Below are positions 16,758 to 27,397 of a DNA stretch of 64,000 nucleotides, one piece after another (within the stretch, counting starts at the first letter, position 1; every line of letters begins with the position of its first letter). Origin of the DNA: an uncultured virus (IMG/VR IMGVR_UViG_3300035698_035315) (taxonomy: Duplodnaviria; Heunggongvirae; Uroviricota; Caudoviricetes); the IMG/VR virus record IMGVR_UViG_3300035698_035315, positions 1-64,000 of that record; one strand, written 5' to 3'. The position numbers and the translations under genes were made by a program. Below the pieces are notes generated by a model, which did no database searches, was not told the DNA's origin, and saw nothing but the letters and a program-made list of their open reading frames with translations.

Positions 16758-19700
16758 ATGAAAAATATCGTACAACCTAAGCTTTTGACGTTGGCGCGCC
16801 AGGTAAATCCGTTCTATTTTAGATTCATCAAGAACTATTCTGACTTTTATGAGTTCATATCGGAATTATTGGAAGGCAAGTTTGATGGCGATCCAGTAGT
16901 CGCTTTTGAAGAATGGTATGAGACATTTTTGGGTTTGAAGCCCAAGATAAAGAAAATTGTTGGCAATGAATCATACATTCAATTCAACAAATGGATGAGT
17001 AGGATTATTCGTAACAAAGAAATGTTGAATTTAGAATATCGCAAGTTGGCTTCTAAGGCAGTATTTCGCGCCGCCATGAAGCGAGCTACTTTTGTATATG
17101 TAGCGATGGTTGAAAAAGTATTGGATATGGTATTAGAAGGCAGTGATATTTTCTATGTTAGTCGTATTCGTAAAATCAAGAGTATTCCTATCAATCGTTT
17201 TCGCAAGAAATCTAAGGAAGAAACAGAACTTGAGCAAAAGGATTTGAGAATAAAAGAGGAGTTAGACAAGGTTGCTCAATTGCGTCGCGAGAACGAGGCA
17301 CTGGCAGAAATGAAAGCTGCCGACAATGATCACATATTAGAGCGTGCTCGTATAATGGGCGAAGTTGTGCAAATAGGCATGCGTCCTGAAGATGCTGATG
17401 CGATGAATGAAATCACTTCTGATTTAAGTGTCAAGAAAGACGAACTTACTGAAGAATTATCTAAACGTAGGTCTGTCATTAAGAAAGCTCAAAGGTTACG
17501 CAATAAGGCAATGAAGGCTGGTAATGAAGAAGTTGCCAATATATTGAACAATACGATAATGACTGACAAGGCTGATATTGAAGGTGAGTTTGGCGGCCCA
17601 TGGTTTGATGAAGAGGGTGATTCAGGGACATGGGAAGCGGTACGGGAGTTTATTAGAGTTCCTGGCATGACGGCTTCTGCAACAGGCGTAAAAGGCTTCA
17701 AAAACATGCTTGGTGGTTGGAGCATTCGTGGTATTGGCAGTGACCTAGAACATGTATATCGGGTTTTATCGACTGAAAAAGGAAATGTCAAGGGTCGTGA
17801 TCCTGGGGCACACATTTCAGGCAAATTATATTTAGAAGGTGGTAACTTATCAGGTTGGCTTAAAATAGACAAGAGCAAATTGACCATAGGTGAAGGCACT
17901 ATGGGTGGTGAAAGATTACGTCAACAGCTTGTTGATATTAAGAGCGAGATGAATGAGGTAAAAGACGGTTTTGATAGATATATGTATACCAAAGAAGGCG
18001 AGGTAGTTCCCGCCAATGAGTGGATGAAAAAGAAAGTAGCAGAGAATCGTGAAAAATCAGGCTTGAATAACATTCACAAAATTGACAAGTATATCAAATC
18101 TCACGAGGACCAGATGGTTCCGTCAGCGGATATAGACAAAGCAATTGAAGAGGGCACTCAAATAGAGTGGTTTGCTCTTAGTGATGAAAAAGTGCCGGAC
18201 AATGTAGCTTTGACAAGAATGTTTCCTGCTGTGAATATGGATGGACAATCTATTGTAGCTGATGGCATTTTCAAGGGTGTTCCGCTTGATTTATTGATCA
18301 ATCAGGCTGATAGATTCATCAAAGGCACATCGTATTCTGTAGATGATGATGGTTCTATTCGTCCTATGGAACTACATACAGATAATGGCGAATTGGATTA
18401 TCTTGTTCAGTGCGAGCCTCATGTATCAGTAACATCAAAAAACGAATTGATGTTAGTGTTACCAAAGTCGAAAACGGTCATCAAAAAGGGACCGAAGCGT
18501 ATGGAATTAACCCCTGCGTTTCAGGTTGTTAAAGAATTATCGGAGTATAGTTCCACTGTTAGAACGGTTGTTCGTCCAGGTTCTGAAGAAGAGAAGCGTG
18601 TGCGAACCGTTATGCCGATTTCCACGTTTATCGTTTCACCGCAAGATTTAGATGACATTCGTAATAGAATAGGTTCTCTCACAATGACTGCTGCTGCTGC
18701 TAAGATAATGCAGGAGTATTATGAGATGCGGAAAAATCTAAGCAAATCATTATTAGAAAATGAATACGGCGATATCACTCCTGAATCTATTCCCGGTTTC
18801 AAGCAAACTTATTTGAACGCAGATGGTGATTCCAAACCAGTAGAGTTTAGGTCGTTCCAGAAGAAGGCGATTAGTTATTTAACTTCCCGAGGAAATGGCT
18901 TATGCGGTTTAGATACCGGACTCGGTAAGAGTGTGGTTTCCATTGGGACATTGCTCACGTGGATAGATGATGGCACGTTGAAAGAAAGTGGTAAGAATGG
19001 TAGGGCTTTGTATGTTGTTCCAGCTTCCCTTAGAGGCAATATCCCTGCTGAGGTAAGGAAGTTCTGTGAGAATCCAGATGAGATTCTCGACCAGGTTGAC
19101 ATAGTAAGCTATGATGAGTTTCGTCGAACAGACAATAGTGAAATTGAGTCGTATGGGGCGGTTTTCTTTGATGAAGCTCAGGAAATGAAAAACGCTACTG
19201 GTAAGGGTGCATCTAGGGTTGCCAATAAGGCGTTAAAACTCAATCATCCTCACAAGGTTTTATTGACGGCTTCCGTGCTTGAAAAATCGCCGGCTGATTT
19301 GTACAATTTGGTTATGATTTCTGACAATCTTTACAATGTGGATGAGGCAGAGGCATCTAAACAGCGCAGCAGATTTTTGAACGAGACGTGTGAGACTGTA
19401 GGTGGTCGTGCCGTTGGTGTTAAAAATAGTGAAGGTGCTATAGCTCGAATGCGTGATTGGGTAAAAACAAATTGTTTATATGTTGACAAACAGCAAGTTG
19501 CTGAGGAAATAGATTTACCACCCGTTACTCCTCCTGATGAGCAATCAGTGTCGATAAGTATGTCTCCTAAAGTAATAGAAATGTACAAATCGGTTTCATC
19601 TGAGATAACAGAAACAATAACTCGGATGAAAGAGAAGTATAAGAACAAGCGCTTATCCATGGGTGATGTTAACCGCGAGATGGCTCGTGGTAACATAATG

Positions 19701-20702
19701 GGTGCTATAATAAGGTTACGTGAGATTAGCAATGATCCTGAATTGTATTTAAGAAAGCATAAGATGCGTGAACTTGCGCTGGAGATGTTTGGGAAAAACA
19801 TCAAAAAGGGTGATAAATTAACTTCATTTGAGCGTGAAGAGCTTGATGCTGCGGTTGATAATGCTGTTCCTTCTATACCAAATCCCAAATTAGACAGGTG
19901 TATTGAAAGCACAAAGAGCAAGGTTGCTCAAGGCAAGCGAGTTGTAGCTTGGACAGACCAGCCTACTTTTGCCTTAAAGGCTGGTACAGAATTAGCAAAA
20001 GAGTTTCCAGGAAAACGTATAGCAGTTTGTTTATCGGATCATATTGAGGTGTATACGCCTGAAGGTGATGTTGCAGATTATGCTGGTTCTACAAAGGGCA
20101 AGTTTTGTGTTCCTGTAGAGGTTGTAGGTTGGAAGAGTTGTGGTGGCAAGTATACTTTTCGCCCGTCGTCAAAATATGTTTATCCAAATGGCGAATCAGT
20201 TCCGAAGCAGCAATGGCAGAAATATGTAATGGATTATGTTTTAGCACCTAATCCAAACATTGCAGTTGTTGTGTTGACTTCGGCGTATGCAACAGGACAC
20301 AATTTACAATGGTGTTCTTCTGTTATTCATTTGGACAGAGACAATTGGAATAATGAGGTAATGAAGCAGCGGACGGCTCGTTGTTGGCGTCAGGGTCAAA
20401 AAGAGCCTGTTGAAGTTGAGATTTTAGATGCTACAATTCCCGGTGGTGGTGAAGAAGAAAACACTACTATCAACGAGGTTCAGCGTTGGATGATGGAAAT
20501 AGAGGAGGATTTATTTGATAAGGTTATTAGGCAAAGTGTAGGTGGCATTTTCAACAGTGCCCATGTTCAATTTGGTACAGCCCAAAAAGTGATTAGTGAG
20601 AGACAGCAGGAAATTGATCTTCGTGACTTAACTTATGTTTTGGACCCAAGTGTAGCGGCAGAAGCCAATTTACCAGGCGTTAGTTTGCCAGTTCAGGAGT
20701 AA
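16758..20702 (+). CDS. large SNF2-family helicase/ATPase
   Basis: FQKKAI, DTGLGKS, VVPASL, FFDEAQ, LTAS, GHNLQ, QRTARCWRQGQ. Confidence 0.88.
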   Translation: MKNIVQPKLLTLARQVNPFYFRFIKNYSDFYEFISELLEGKFDGDPVVAFEEWYETFLGLKPKIKKIVGNESYIQFNKWMSRIIRNKEMLNLEYRKLASKAVFRAAMKRATFVYVAMVEKVLDMVLEGSDIFYVSRIRKIKSIPINRFRKKSKEETELEQKDLRIKEELDKVAQLRRENEALAEMKAADNDHILERARIMGEVVQIGMRPEDADAMNEITSDLSVKKDELTEELSKRRSVIKKAQRLRNKAMKAGNEEVANILNNTIMTDKADIEGEFGGPWFDEEGDSGTWEAVREFIRVPGMTASATGVKGFKNMLGGWSIRGIGSDLEHVYRVLSTEKGNVKGRDPGAHISGKLYLEGGNLSGWLKIDKSKLTIGEGTMGGERLRQQLVDIKSEMNEVKDGFDRYMYTKEGEVVPANEWMKKKVAENREKSGLNNIHKIDKYIKSHEDQMVPSADIDKAIEEGTQIEWFALSDEKVPDNVALTRMFPAVNMDGQSIVADGIFKGVPLDLLINQADRFIKGTSYSVDDDGSIRPMELHTDNGELDYLVQCEPHVSVTSKNELMLVLPKSKTVIKKGPKRMELTPAFQVVKELSEYSSTVRTVVRPGSEEEKRVRTVMPISTFIVSPQDLDDIRNRIGSLTMTAAAAKIMQEYYEMRKNLSKSLLENEYGDITPESIPGFKQTYLNADGDSKPVEFRSFQKKAISYLTSRGNGLCGLDTGLGKSVVSIGTLLTWIDDGTLKESGKNGRALYVVPASLRGNIPAEVRKFCENPDEILDQVDIVSYDEFRRTDNSEIESYGAVFFDEAQEMKNATGKGASRVANKALKLNHPHKVLLTASVLEKSPADLYNLVMISDNLYNVDEAEASKQRSRFLNETCETVGGRAVGVKNSEGAIARMRDWVKTNCLYVDKQQVAEEIDLPPVTPPDEQSVSISMSPKVIEMYKSVSSEITETITRMKEKYKNKRLSMGDVNREMARGNIMGAIIRLREISNDPELYLRKHKMRELALEMFGKNIKKGDKLTSFEREELDAAVDNAVPSIPNPKLDRCIESTKSKVAQGKRVVAWTDQPTFALKAGTELAKEFPGKRIAVCLSDHIEVYTPEGDVADYAGSTKGKFCVPVEVVGWKSCGGKYTFRPSSKYVYPNGESVPKQQWQKYVMDYVLAPNPNIAVVVLTSAYATGHNLQWCSSVIHLDRDNWNNEVMKQRTARCWRQGQKEPVEVEILDATIPGGGEEENTTINEVQRWMMEIEEDLFDKVIRQSVGGIFNSAHVQFGTAQKVISERQQEIDLRDLTYVLDPSVAAEANLPGVSLPVQE

Positions 20703-20706
20703 TGGA

Positions 20707-20973
20707 ATGAATGATAAACTGAAGCCATACTTTGTAGACATTTATCGTAAAAGTCCTTGCAATTTGATAACAGTCGTGGCTGGTTGTAATACAATGTCTT
20801 TTGTAGAGGATTTGAAGCAAGATGGGCTTGATAATGATGAAATAGAAGATTTTTTCATAGAACTTAGCAAGGTATGTCTTGATAGAGATGTAACTTTGCC
20901 GATTAGTGGTTATATGAATATGGTTAGTTTTGCTGCTGGTAATGGATTGCTTGAAAGTTTCAAATCAAAATGA
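20707..20973 (+). CDS. hypothetical protein
   Basis: 88-aa ORF packed tightly between neighbours. Confidence 0.6.
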   Translation: MNDKLKPYFVDIYRKSPCNLITVVAGCNTMSFVEDLKQDGLDNDEIEDFFIELSKVCLDRDVTLPISGYMNMVSFAAGNGLLESFKSK

Positions 20974-21950
20974 AAAAAACTGCTGAATTCATCAGCCCAT
21001 TTACTGGTGTTTTACCTTATGGCAAGACTCATGCAATGACTCCTCGTGAGCTTGAGCGTGCTATTAGGCAAAGTCTTGCTGCTGAAGAAGAGGCGGTTCA
21101 TTTGTATGAGGCGATTGCAGATGCTTCAGCAAATGAGTTTGTAAGTAAGGTGATGCAGGATGTAGCTGATGAGGAGAAGGTTCACGCTGGCGAGTTTCAA
21201 CGGCTTTTAGACATACTTGCCCCACAAGAGGAGAAGTTTATCTCCGAGGGCAAAGAAGAGGTTGACGAAATGGCTGAAAAAAAGGGAGTATTTGGAATGG
21301 ATGAGAAAAGAGTAGCGAGTGAACTAGTCAAGTTGGCTAAACAAATAGTATCAAATCAACCTACAAACAGGCGAGCAAATGTTAGACAAAGGACAGCAAT
21401 TGATTTGAAACGTGATTTGGATACCAATGAAGAAGGCATTGCGGATATGATTTATGGGTGTTTGAAAGATATTGATAAGGATTTTCTTTCTGTTGAGGTT
21501 AAGGCAGAGGAAACAGATAGAGGTTGGCGTTGGGATGATTGGCAGGTTGACGAGTATGGGGTAGAATTTTCATGTGATAGTGTGAAAACTTTCAGACTTG
21601 ATAAAGTGATGCGTTTGTTTTCGCAAGAAAGTTTTGAAATAACTCATGATGGCGAGTTGATACCTGTTGATGAATTACTCAACAAAAAAACAATTGCTCA
21701 ATTCAACAAGATATTGAGCAAGCCACGTGAGGCTGATGAGGACGGTTTTTATATTTGTGATGATGATGTGGAAGATTGTACTGGTAAAATTGACAGCGAT
21801 GCCATATATGTTATTTGGTCAGCTAAGATTTCTGGCAATAAATTCGTTCTCAATGTTAAACCTGTTCCTTCTGAATGGAGGGAACTAGAAGAACAGTTGT
21901 TGGAGTGGGCAACAGAGGTTGAAATTGAACGTTGTGAACCATCTTTGTGA
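20970..21950 (+). CDS. ferritin-like (rubrerythrin/encapsulin-cargo type) domain in frame with a leader-motif protein starting at 21297
   Basis: AIRQSLAAEEEAVHLYE..DEEKVHAGEF; internal GGGAG SD plus MDEKRVASELVKLAK. Confidence 0.8.
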   Translation: MKKTAEFISPFTGVLPYGKTHAMTPRELERAIRQSLAAEEEAVHLYEAIADASANEFVSKVMQDVADEEKVHAGEFQRLLDILAPQEEKFISEGKEEVDEMAEKKGVFGMDEKRVASELVKLAKQIVSNQPTNRRANVRQRTAIDLKRDLDTNEEGIADMIYGCLKDIDKDFLSVEVKAEETDRGWRWDDWQVDEYGVEFSCDSVKTFRLDKVMRLFSQESFEITHDGELIPVDELLNKKTIAQFNKILSKPREADEDGFYICDDDVEDCTGKIDSDAIYVIWSAKISGNKFVLNVKPVPSEWRELEEQLLEWATEVEIERCEPSL

Positions 21951-21988
21951 GAAACTTGACACATGTCCGTTTGTAGAAAGGAAAAACT

Positions 21989-22393
21989 GTGAACAGGAAA
22001 AGAGTAGCAAGAGAGCTTTTGAAGTTAGCACGTGAACTACAGGCAATGCCAATGTTGGTTCATGAAACGGTTGTAAAGCAAAGATTGCCAATTGCTGACA
22101 AGTTACGTGCTGCTTGCGGTATTCAGGAAAGAATCAGGCCCACATTTAGTCGTTATATGACATTCAAGAATGAGCGAAGCAACAAGTTTCATTATTTTGC
22201 TGTTTATAAGAATCCTGATGATCCAGAAGAGTACATTGGCGGCAATGCCTGGGGTCGTATTGGTTACATGAAGACTGGCAGAGCAATGGAATTAGCTCGT
22301 GGGGATAGGGCTTCTGTGATAAAGGCTGTTGAAAGCAAGATAAAGAAGAAGTTGTCAAAGGGTTATGAGTTTGATACATATTCTGCAAGGTAG
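21989..22393 (+). CDS. leader-motif WGR-domain protein
   Basis: NRKRVARELLKLAR; SNKFHY..AWGRIG..KKLSKGY. Confidence 0.8.
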   Translation: MNRKRVARELLKLARELQAMPMLVHETVVKQRLPIADKLRAACGIQERIRPTFSRYMTFKNERSNKFHYFAVYKNPDDPEEYIGGNAWGRIGYMKTGRAMELARGDRASVIKAVESKIKKKLSKGYEFDTYSAR

Positions 22394-22446
22394 TATCACA
22401 AATTAACCAAGCGACATCACTCCCTAGATGTACGTTTGGATAGATG

Positions 22447-22488
22447 GACCCCGGCTTTTGTTCCCCCTCAAGCCGGGGTTCTATTTTT
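22447..22488 (+). terminator. rho-independent terminator
   Basis: GACCCCGGCTT..AAGCCGGGGTT then CTATTTTT. Confidence 0.75.
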
Positions 22489-22633
22489 GTGTCTTGTTTG
22501 CGCCGTAGATTTGTTTTGCAATATTCTGGTCGGAGTTTTTTGGCCAGAGCATTTTTTTGTACAGAATTAGGCTCCAATTTGATATAATGTTGATATAGTA
22601 TGCGAGAGGAGTTTGAGTGCAAGAGGAGTTTGA

Positions 22634-23401
22634 ATGAAGAAAGCAGTTTTCACGGCAGTTAGAGATGAGGGCATTTTTCTCGACATTTGGCTGAAGTATT
22701 ATTCGAGTCATTTTGATGGTTGTGATATTCATGTTTTCGACCACCAGACAGCCGATGGCACTGTCGAAGCGGCAAAGCAGAAGTATGAGTTTAATCACAC
22801 TATTTGGGATTATGAAGTATTTGGGGACATGAAATGGTATTGTGACAAAGTTTGCGAAACACAGAGAATGTTACTGAGCGATTATGAGTATGTGTTGTTT
22901 GTTGAAGCAGATGAGATAGTTTGTCACAGAAATGGCTTAGGGCATTACATTGACACTTTGGACGAAGATTGTGTCAAGTGTAAAGGTTATGAAGTGTTTC
23001 ACAGAGTAGATGAGGAACCACCTTTTGATGCGGGGCGTTCGGTATTATCTCAGCGAAGGTATTGGTTCAGGAATAGTGTACATTATGACAAGGTATTGTT
23101 ATCAAGAGTTCCGATGAATTGGCATATTGGATTTCACACAACACACAACGCTGCTGACTATGGTGATGGTCTATTGTTGATACATTTGCATAGAATGGAC
23201 TATGAGATAGCATTACAGCGTAATCGTCGTTGTTTGACCTATAAGTGGCCCACTGTTGTTGAGCAAGGTCAGAGCAAATGGGGATTTCACAAGCGACTTG
23301 ATGGTGATGCTTTTCGGCAGTGGTTTCACACACAAGATATAAGCCATATTGAAGTCATCTCAAATGATGTAAAAAAAAGCAGTTTTTTTGAAATTTTTTA
23401 A
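22634..23401 (+). CDS. GT-A fold glycosyltransferase (family 2-like)
   Basis: VRDEGIFLDIWLKYY, FDHQTADGT, VLFVEADE, WHIGFH, LLIHLH. Confidence 0.8.
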   Translation: MKKAVFTAVRDEGIFLDIWLKYYSSHFDGCDIHVFDHQTADGTVEAAKQKYEFNHTIWDYEVFGDMKWYCDKVCETQRMLLSDYEYVLFVEADEIVCHRNGLGHYIDTLDEDCVKCKGYEVFHRVDEEPPFDAGRSVLSQRRYWFRNSVHYDKVLLSRVPMNWHIGFHTTHNAADYGDGLLLIHLHRMDYEIALQRNRRCLTYKWPTVVEQGQSKWGFHKRLDGDAFRQWFHTQDISHIEVISNDVKKSSFFEIF

Positions 23402-23471
23402 GACGATAGGATATTTAGTTGACTGCTGAGTGTTCTGCGAGCAATTTTCAGACAAATCGTTTTGAGGGGGC

Positions 23472-24479
23472 TTGCATTGTGCTATAATTCTTTTATATTC
23501 GTTCTTGAGTGGTAGTAATTTCGGTTTTTCTGAATCATGCCACCCAGATGAAGCCATTCCTGTCGAAGCAGTAGCAGAAGAATGGATTTGGGCAAGGCTT
23601 GCGAGGCTTGGAATTTACAAGGATGACGAATCTTATGAGCTTCTTTTGAGTGCTGATTGTACTGAAGGTGAAGCTCGTAGAGTATTTTGTGAGAATGGCG
23701 AGCCGAACATTCCTCCGGTACGTTTCAAGCGCGTATGGTCAATTCTCAAGGCAACAGAAGTTCCGGCTTCTGAGGAACCTTCTGTAGATTCGTCTGTGAT
23801 TTGTCCAGAAGGTTTCAAGGATGGCTTGAAAGAAATTGGCAAAGAGTTGGCAGGCAGTTTCAGGCCAATTGGACAGTGGAGCGATGCAGACCTGCTTAAC
23901 AATTACAATCAAGATTGTGAAAGTGGAGTTATTGACGAGCTTGATAGGCGTGCAAAAGGCTGTGCGTTTATCATTTTTTCAAATGAGGTTGAAGGGGTAG
24001 TGGATATAGATGCGAGTTTACGAATGCTTCGTGAGGCTCGTAGGGGTCGTACATTACCCATTCACTACAAGATGGCTGATATGTTGAAGAAGCTTTATCG
24101 TGTTGGCGAATTTCCAGGTTATGTGATGTATGAGTGCCCTTTCCATCCGGGGACAATGCTTTTGGAAGGGTATTGTGACAAATGTGGTCATACCTGGGAT
24201 GCTGTGTCATACGAATTGCTGCAGTTTGCTCGCGTTGTTTACAATTTGGGTGATGCTCCCAATAGATGTCCGGGCATTCGTCAATTCATCAATTCGGCCA
24301 TGTGTCATTCTCCTTCAAATCCTTTTGGCGGTTTGACTGAGGATTATCCAAAGGCCAAGTTGTTGTTTGATGAAAGCTATTTGGATGACACTTTACCTAG
24401 TTTGAAGCGTCGGATGTCCACAACAGACAGCAATTCTGGTTCGGCTGATCCGTTTAATCCCGGAAATAAAAGATACTGA
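23472..24479 (+). CDS. hypothetical protein with CPFH..CDKCG Zn motif (start uncertain)
   Basis: 335-aa open frame. Confidence 0.7.
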   Translation: MHCAIILLYSFLSGSNFGFSESCHPDEAIPVEAVAEEWIWARLARLGIYKDDESYELLLSADCTEGEARRVFCENGEPNIPPVRFKRVWSILKATEVPASEEPSVDSSVICPEGFKDGLKEIGKELAGSFRPIGQWSDADLLNNYNQDCESGVIDELDRRAKGCAFIIFSNEVEGVVDIDASLRMLREARRGRTLPIHYKMADMLKKLYRVGEFPGYVMYECPFHPGTMLLEGYCDKCGHTWDAVSYELLQFARVVYNLGDAPNRCPGIRQFINSAMCHSPSNPFGGLTEDYPKAKLLFDESYLDDTLPSLKRRMSTTDSNSGSADPFNPGNKRY

Positions 24480-24575
24480 TATTACTATTGTTTTCTGTCC
24501 TTGTTATGGTGTGAAACCTGTTGTATAATATGTTGGTTACGACAGTTTTATGCCATAACAAGGACGGAGAGAAAA

Positions 24576-25661
24576 ATGATGAATCCTTGGGTAATCGGCT
24601 GGGTTGCATCGGACGGTCATAATAATGGAGAAAGGTGGAGCGTATCGCAAAATTCAGATGACGCAGATGTTATGTGGATTATATACAACTTGTTTTCGGA
24701 TGCGAAGATTTCTATATCGTGTGGAAACAAGGCAGGTCGTTACGGCACTAAGGATCAAGTAATAGTTTGTAGAAAATCATCTCGTGACTGTGAAATATTG
24801 GAAGAGTGGGGAATACAGGTTGGTAATAAGACAATCAGTCTTAGATTTCCTAACGGTAAGGAAAGAGGCGATATATGGATGTATCTTCGGGGAATGTTTG
24901 AAGGTGACGGCACTGCTTATTTAGAAAATGGCAGAAATCCGAGATTAGAAATTGTGTCCAGTAGGCTTTGGTGTAATGACTGTAAGAAATGGCTTGACGA
25001 GCAAAATATTGATGCGTCGGTTTATGACGAGAAGAGGTCGCATGGCATTGCGTATTTGAGAATTGGTAGCTCATCAGATGTGACGAAGTTCATTAGAGGC
25101 ATTTATGATGTCGAATCTGGGCAGCGTATGGGTCGTAAGTTCGGCATTTGTTCTAAGGTAATGATTGCAATGAATATCTTCGATATAGAAGCCAGAAACA
25201 ATTTATCATGTGACAAAAGAAACAGACTCAGGTCTTTGATAGAAAATGATGTGAGGGATGGCTTGTCTGCTGTTGAGATTTCTAGGAGGTTGAATTGTCC
25301 TTTAAGTTTTGCAATGAGGGTTAGACGTGAGCTTGTTGGTTCTCGCAAACAAATAAAACAAAAAAAGGCATCTGAAATTCATAATCTTCTGAAGGATGGA
25401 AGAAGCCGGGCCGACATCGTGCGTCTTGGATATGGATATAAGTTAGTTCGGCAGGTCGCAGATGAAACTGTTGGAAGCGTAAAGGAGAAACAAGAGAAGA
25501 AAGTGGCAGCCATAAGGGAAATGATATTAAAAGGAGAGAGTGTTAGTGGAATAGTAGATGCGGCTCAGTGTAGTGCTGGGCGTGTCATAAGGGAAAGACG
25601 ATGGCTTGCTGAGCACGGTTACACAGTGAAGCTTAATAAGAGGAGAAGAAAGAATGAATGA
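24576..25661 (+). CDS. free-standing LAGLIDADG endonuclease with C-terminal HTH repeats
   Basis: WVIGWVASDG and YLRGMFEGDG; three HTH-like segments at the C-terminus. Confidence 0.85.
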   Translation: MMNPWVIGWVASDGHNNGERWSVSQNSDDADVMWIIYNLFSDAKISISCGNKAGRYGTKDQVIVCRKSSRDCEILEEWGIQVGNKTISLRFPNGKERGDIWMYLRGMFEGDGTAYLENGRNPRLEIVSSRLWCNDCKKWLDEQNIDASVYDEKRSHGIAYLRIGSSSDVTKFIRGIYDVESGQRMGRKFGICSKVMIAMNIFDIEARNNLSCDKRNRLRSLIENDVRDGLSAVEISRRLNCPLSFAMRVRRELVGSRKQIKQKKASEIHNLLKDGRSRADIVRLGYGYKLVRQVADETVGSVKEKQEKKVAAIREMILKGESVSGIVDAAQCSAGRVIRERRWLAEHGYTVKLNKRRRKNE

Positions 25662-26772
25662 TTGGAATAAGCCGTTGCCATGGTTGAATTTTACAGAACA
25701 TTCAATGGCTAACGAAATAAAGTTTGAAGGTGATAGTTTGAGGATAATGTTTGCTCCTCGTCTTGAGGGAAATGGCGTACATTCATTGCCTTCTGGAAGA
25801 GCGGCGGAAGTCGTACATTTAGACAGTCTTCCTGGTGCGCCGAGTGAATGGACTCGTGGTAGACATAGTTATGTCGTTCCAGTTGAGGTAGGCATAGGTA
25901 TATGGTTTGATTGGCGCAATAAAGTATGGGGAACTATAAATCCCAACCTAACTTGTCTTTTGTCGATAAAAGGAATTAACCCAGTTACTGGACAAAAGAT
26001 TGAAAGTTTACGGCTTGAGGAATATGTTGAGAACTGTCCTGTTCATAATGCACCGTTTGCTGGGCCGTATCGCCTATGTGAGAAATGTGGATACGAGTGG
26101 CCTCCGCAGAATCATGTGTGTCCAGACAATCCAGCATGGTGGGATGGTTTTCGGCAGCCTGATGGCAAGGTAAGACAGTTTTTCTTTTCTGACGAGGATG
26201 CTCGTGACATTGCGAGCATAGTGATTGGTAGGGAGAATACTGTTCCTGCATTTGGTTTTGCCTTTTACAAGCCCAAGAATCCACGTGCTTTGCTTAAAGC
26301 GGCGTTGCGTGGCGATGTGACATTGGGCAGTTTTGGCTTGATTGGCCCGATTGGCCTGATTGGCCCGATTGGCCTGATTGGCCCGACTGGCCCGACTGGC
26401 CCGACTGGCCCGACTGGCCCTGTTGGCATATCATATTCGACAACTGTTTGTGGTTCTGAACTGGAGATTGGGGCGTCATTGGTTTTTAATGATGCTGGAA
26501 TCACATCAGCAGAAAATTTTGTGAATGCTAGTTCTGATAAAGTTTTCCCGCAGAACAAAACCAAGAGTGTATCGGTAGGTGCTGGCGCTCAGATAACACA
26601 GCAGCTTACACAATGCAGTCTTGGAGTAGAAGGCTGGCAGGCCGAGCCAAGTGCCGTAATTAGGCTCTATTTCTGTTTTGAGCAACAGTTTAGGGAGATA
26701 GTAGAACGTGGAGGCGTAGTTGACTTGAAGGGCAACAGTGAAGGTTATTTAGCGGGAATGCCTACTGGATAA
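25654..26772 (+). CDS. conserved-looking hypothetical protein with a short collagen-like insert
   Basis: SLPSG..PSEW..GINPVTG..PQNHV..WWDG..DGKVRQF..GAGAQITQ; (Gxx)n at 26335-26427. Confidence 0.7.
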   Translation: MNDWNKPLPWLNFTEHSMANEIKFEGDSLRIMFAPRLEGNGVHSLPSGRAAEVVHLDSLPGAPSEWTRGRHSYVVPVEVGIGIWFDWRNKVWGTINPNLTCLLSIKGINPVTGQKIESLRLEEYVENCPVHNAPFAGPYRLCEKCGYEWPPQNHVCPDNPAWWDGFRQPDGKVRQFFFSDEDARDIASIVIGRENTVPAFGFAFYKPKNPRALLKAALRGDVTLGSFGLIGPIGLIGPIGLIGPTGPTGPTGPTGPVGISYSTTVCGSELEIGASLVFNDAGITSAENFVNASSDKVFPQNKTKSVSVGAGAQITQQLTQCSLGVEGWQAEPSAVIRLYFCFEQQFREIVERGGVVDLKGNSEGYLAGMPTG

Positions 26773-26802
26773 AACAAAAACTGAAGAACATAGTTTGACA
26801 CA

Positions 26803-26840
26803 AGTTGGGCCAACTGCTTATGGTGGTTGGCTCAATTTTT
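26803..26840 (+). terminator. rho-independent terminator
   Basis: AGTTGGGCCAACTGC/GTGGTTGGCTCAATT then T run. Confidence 0.7.
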
Positions 26841-26965
26841 GTCTCTAAATCTCAACAATTTTTTGATTATTCTTATTATAGGACGGATGGCAACAGGACA
26901 TAGCTATATCACAGGGTCTGTATTAGCTATGGTACAGGGTTTGCATAATCTGAAGGAGGGTAATA

Positions 26966-27307
26966 ATGGCGGAAAAGGTATTGGGTTTGGCTAGGTATCT
27001 TGAGATATATGGCCCTTGGGCAGTATGTGTCGTGTTGTTTGTTGGTATTGGGGCATTGTATTCACACAGTTCAAAGCAATCAGAAAAGTACATGAAATGG
27101 TTTATTGAGCAGAACGAACGCAACATAATTATCTTACAGCAGAACGCGGCGGTATTGAATACAGTGGCGGAGACGAATAGACATAATGTAGAGGTTCTCA
27201 ATAATGTTTCGGAGTTGATGATTTCTTTGCAGCTAGATATAGAGCGATTTCACAGGGACATTGCAGCTTGTGAAGACTTACAGAGGCAGATTCGTGGAAA
27301 TAGATAG
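26966..27307 (+). CDS. single-TM coiled-coil protein, holin-like
   Basis: YGPWAVCVVLFVGIGALY TM segment then coiled coil; AGGAGG SD. Confidence 0.5.
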   Translation: MAEKVLGLARYLEIYGPWAVCVVLFVGIGALYSHSSKQSEKYMKWFIEQNERNIIILQQNAAVLNTVAETNRHNVEVLNNVSELMISLQLDIERFHRDIAACEDLQRQIRGNR

Positions 27308-27397
27308 GGGGGAAATGTGATAATCAAATTGTGTTTGTGGGCGGTTTGTGTTTCTGGCGGTTTTCATTTAGTTTTGTCAATATAGTTGGGGCTTCAA

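Noticed and set aside
24480..25661. LAGLIDADG gene as part of an intron or intein
   Set aside because: It has its own SD and start, no splicing motifs, and the flanking genes look separate and complete
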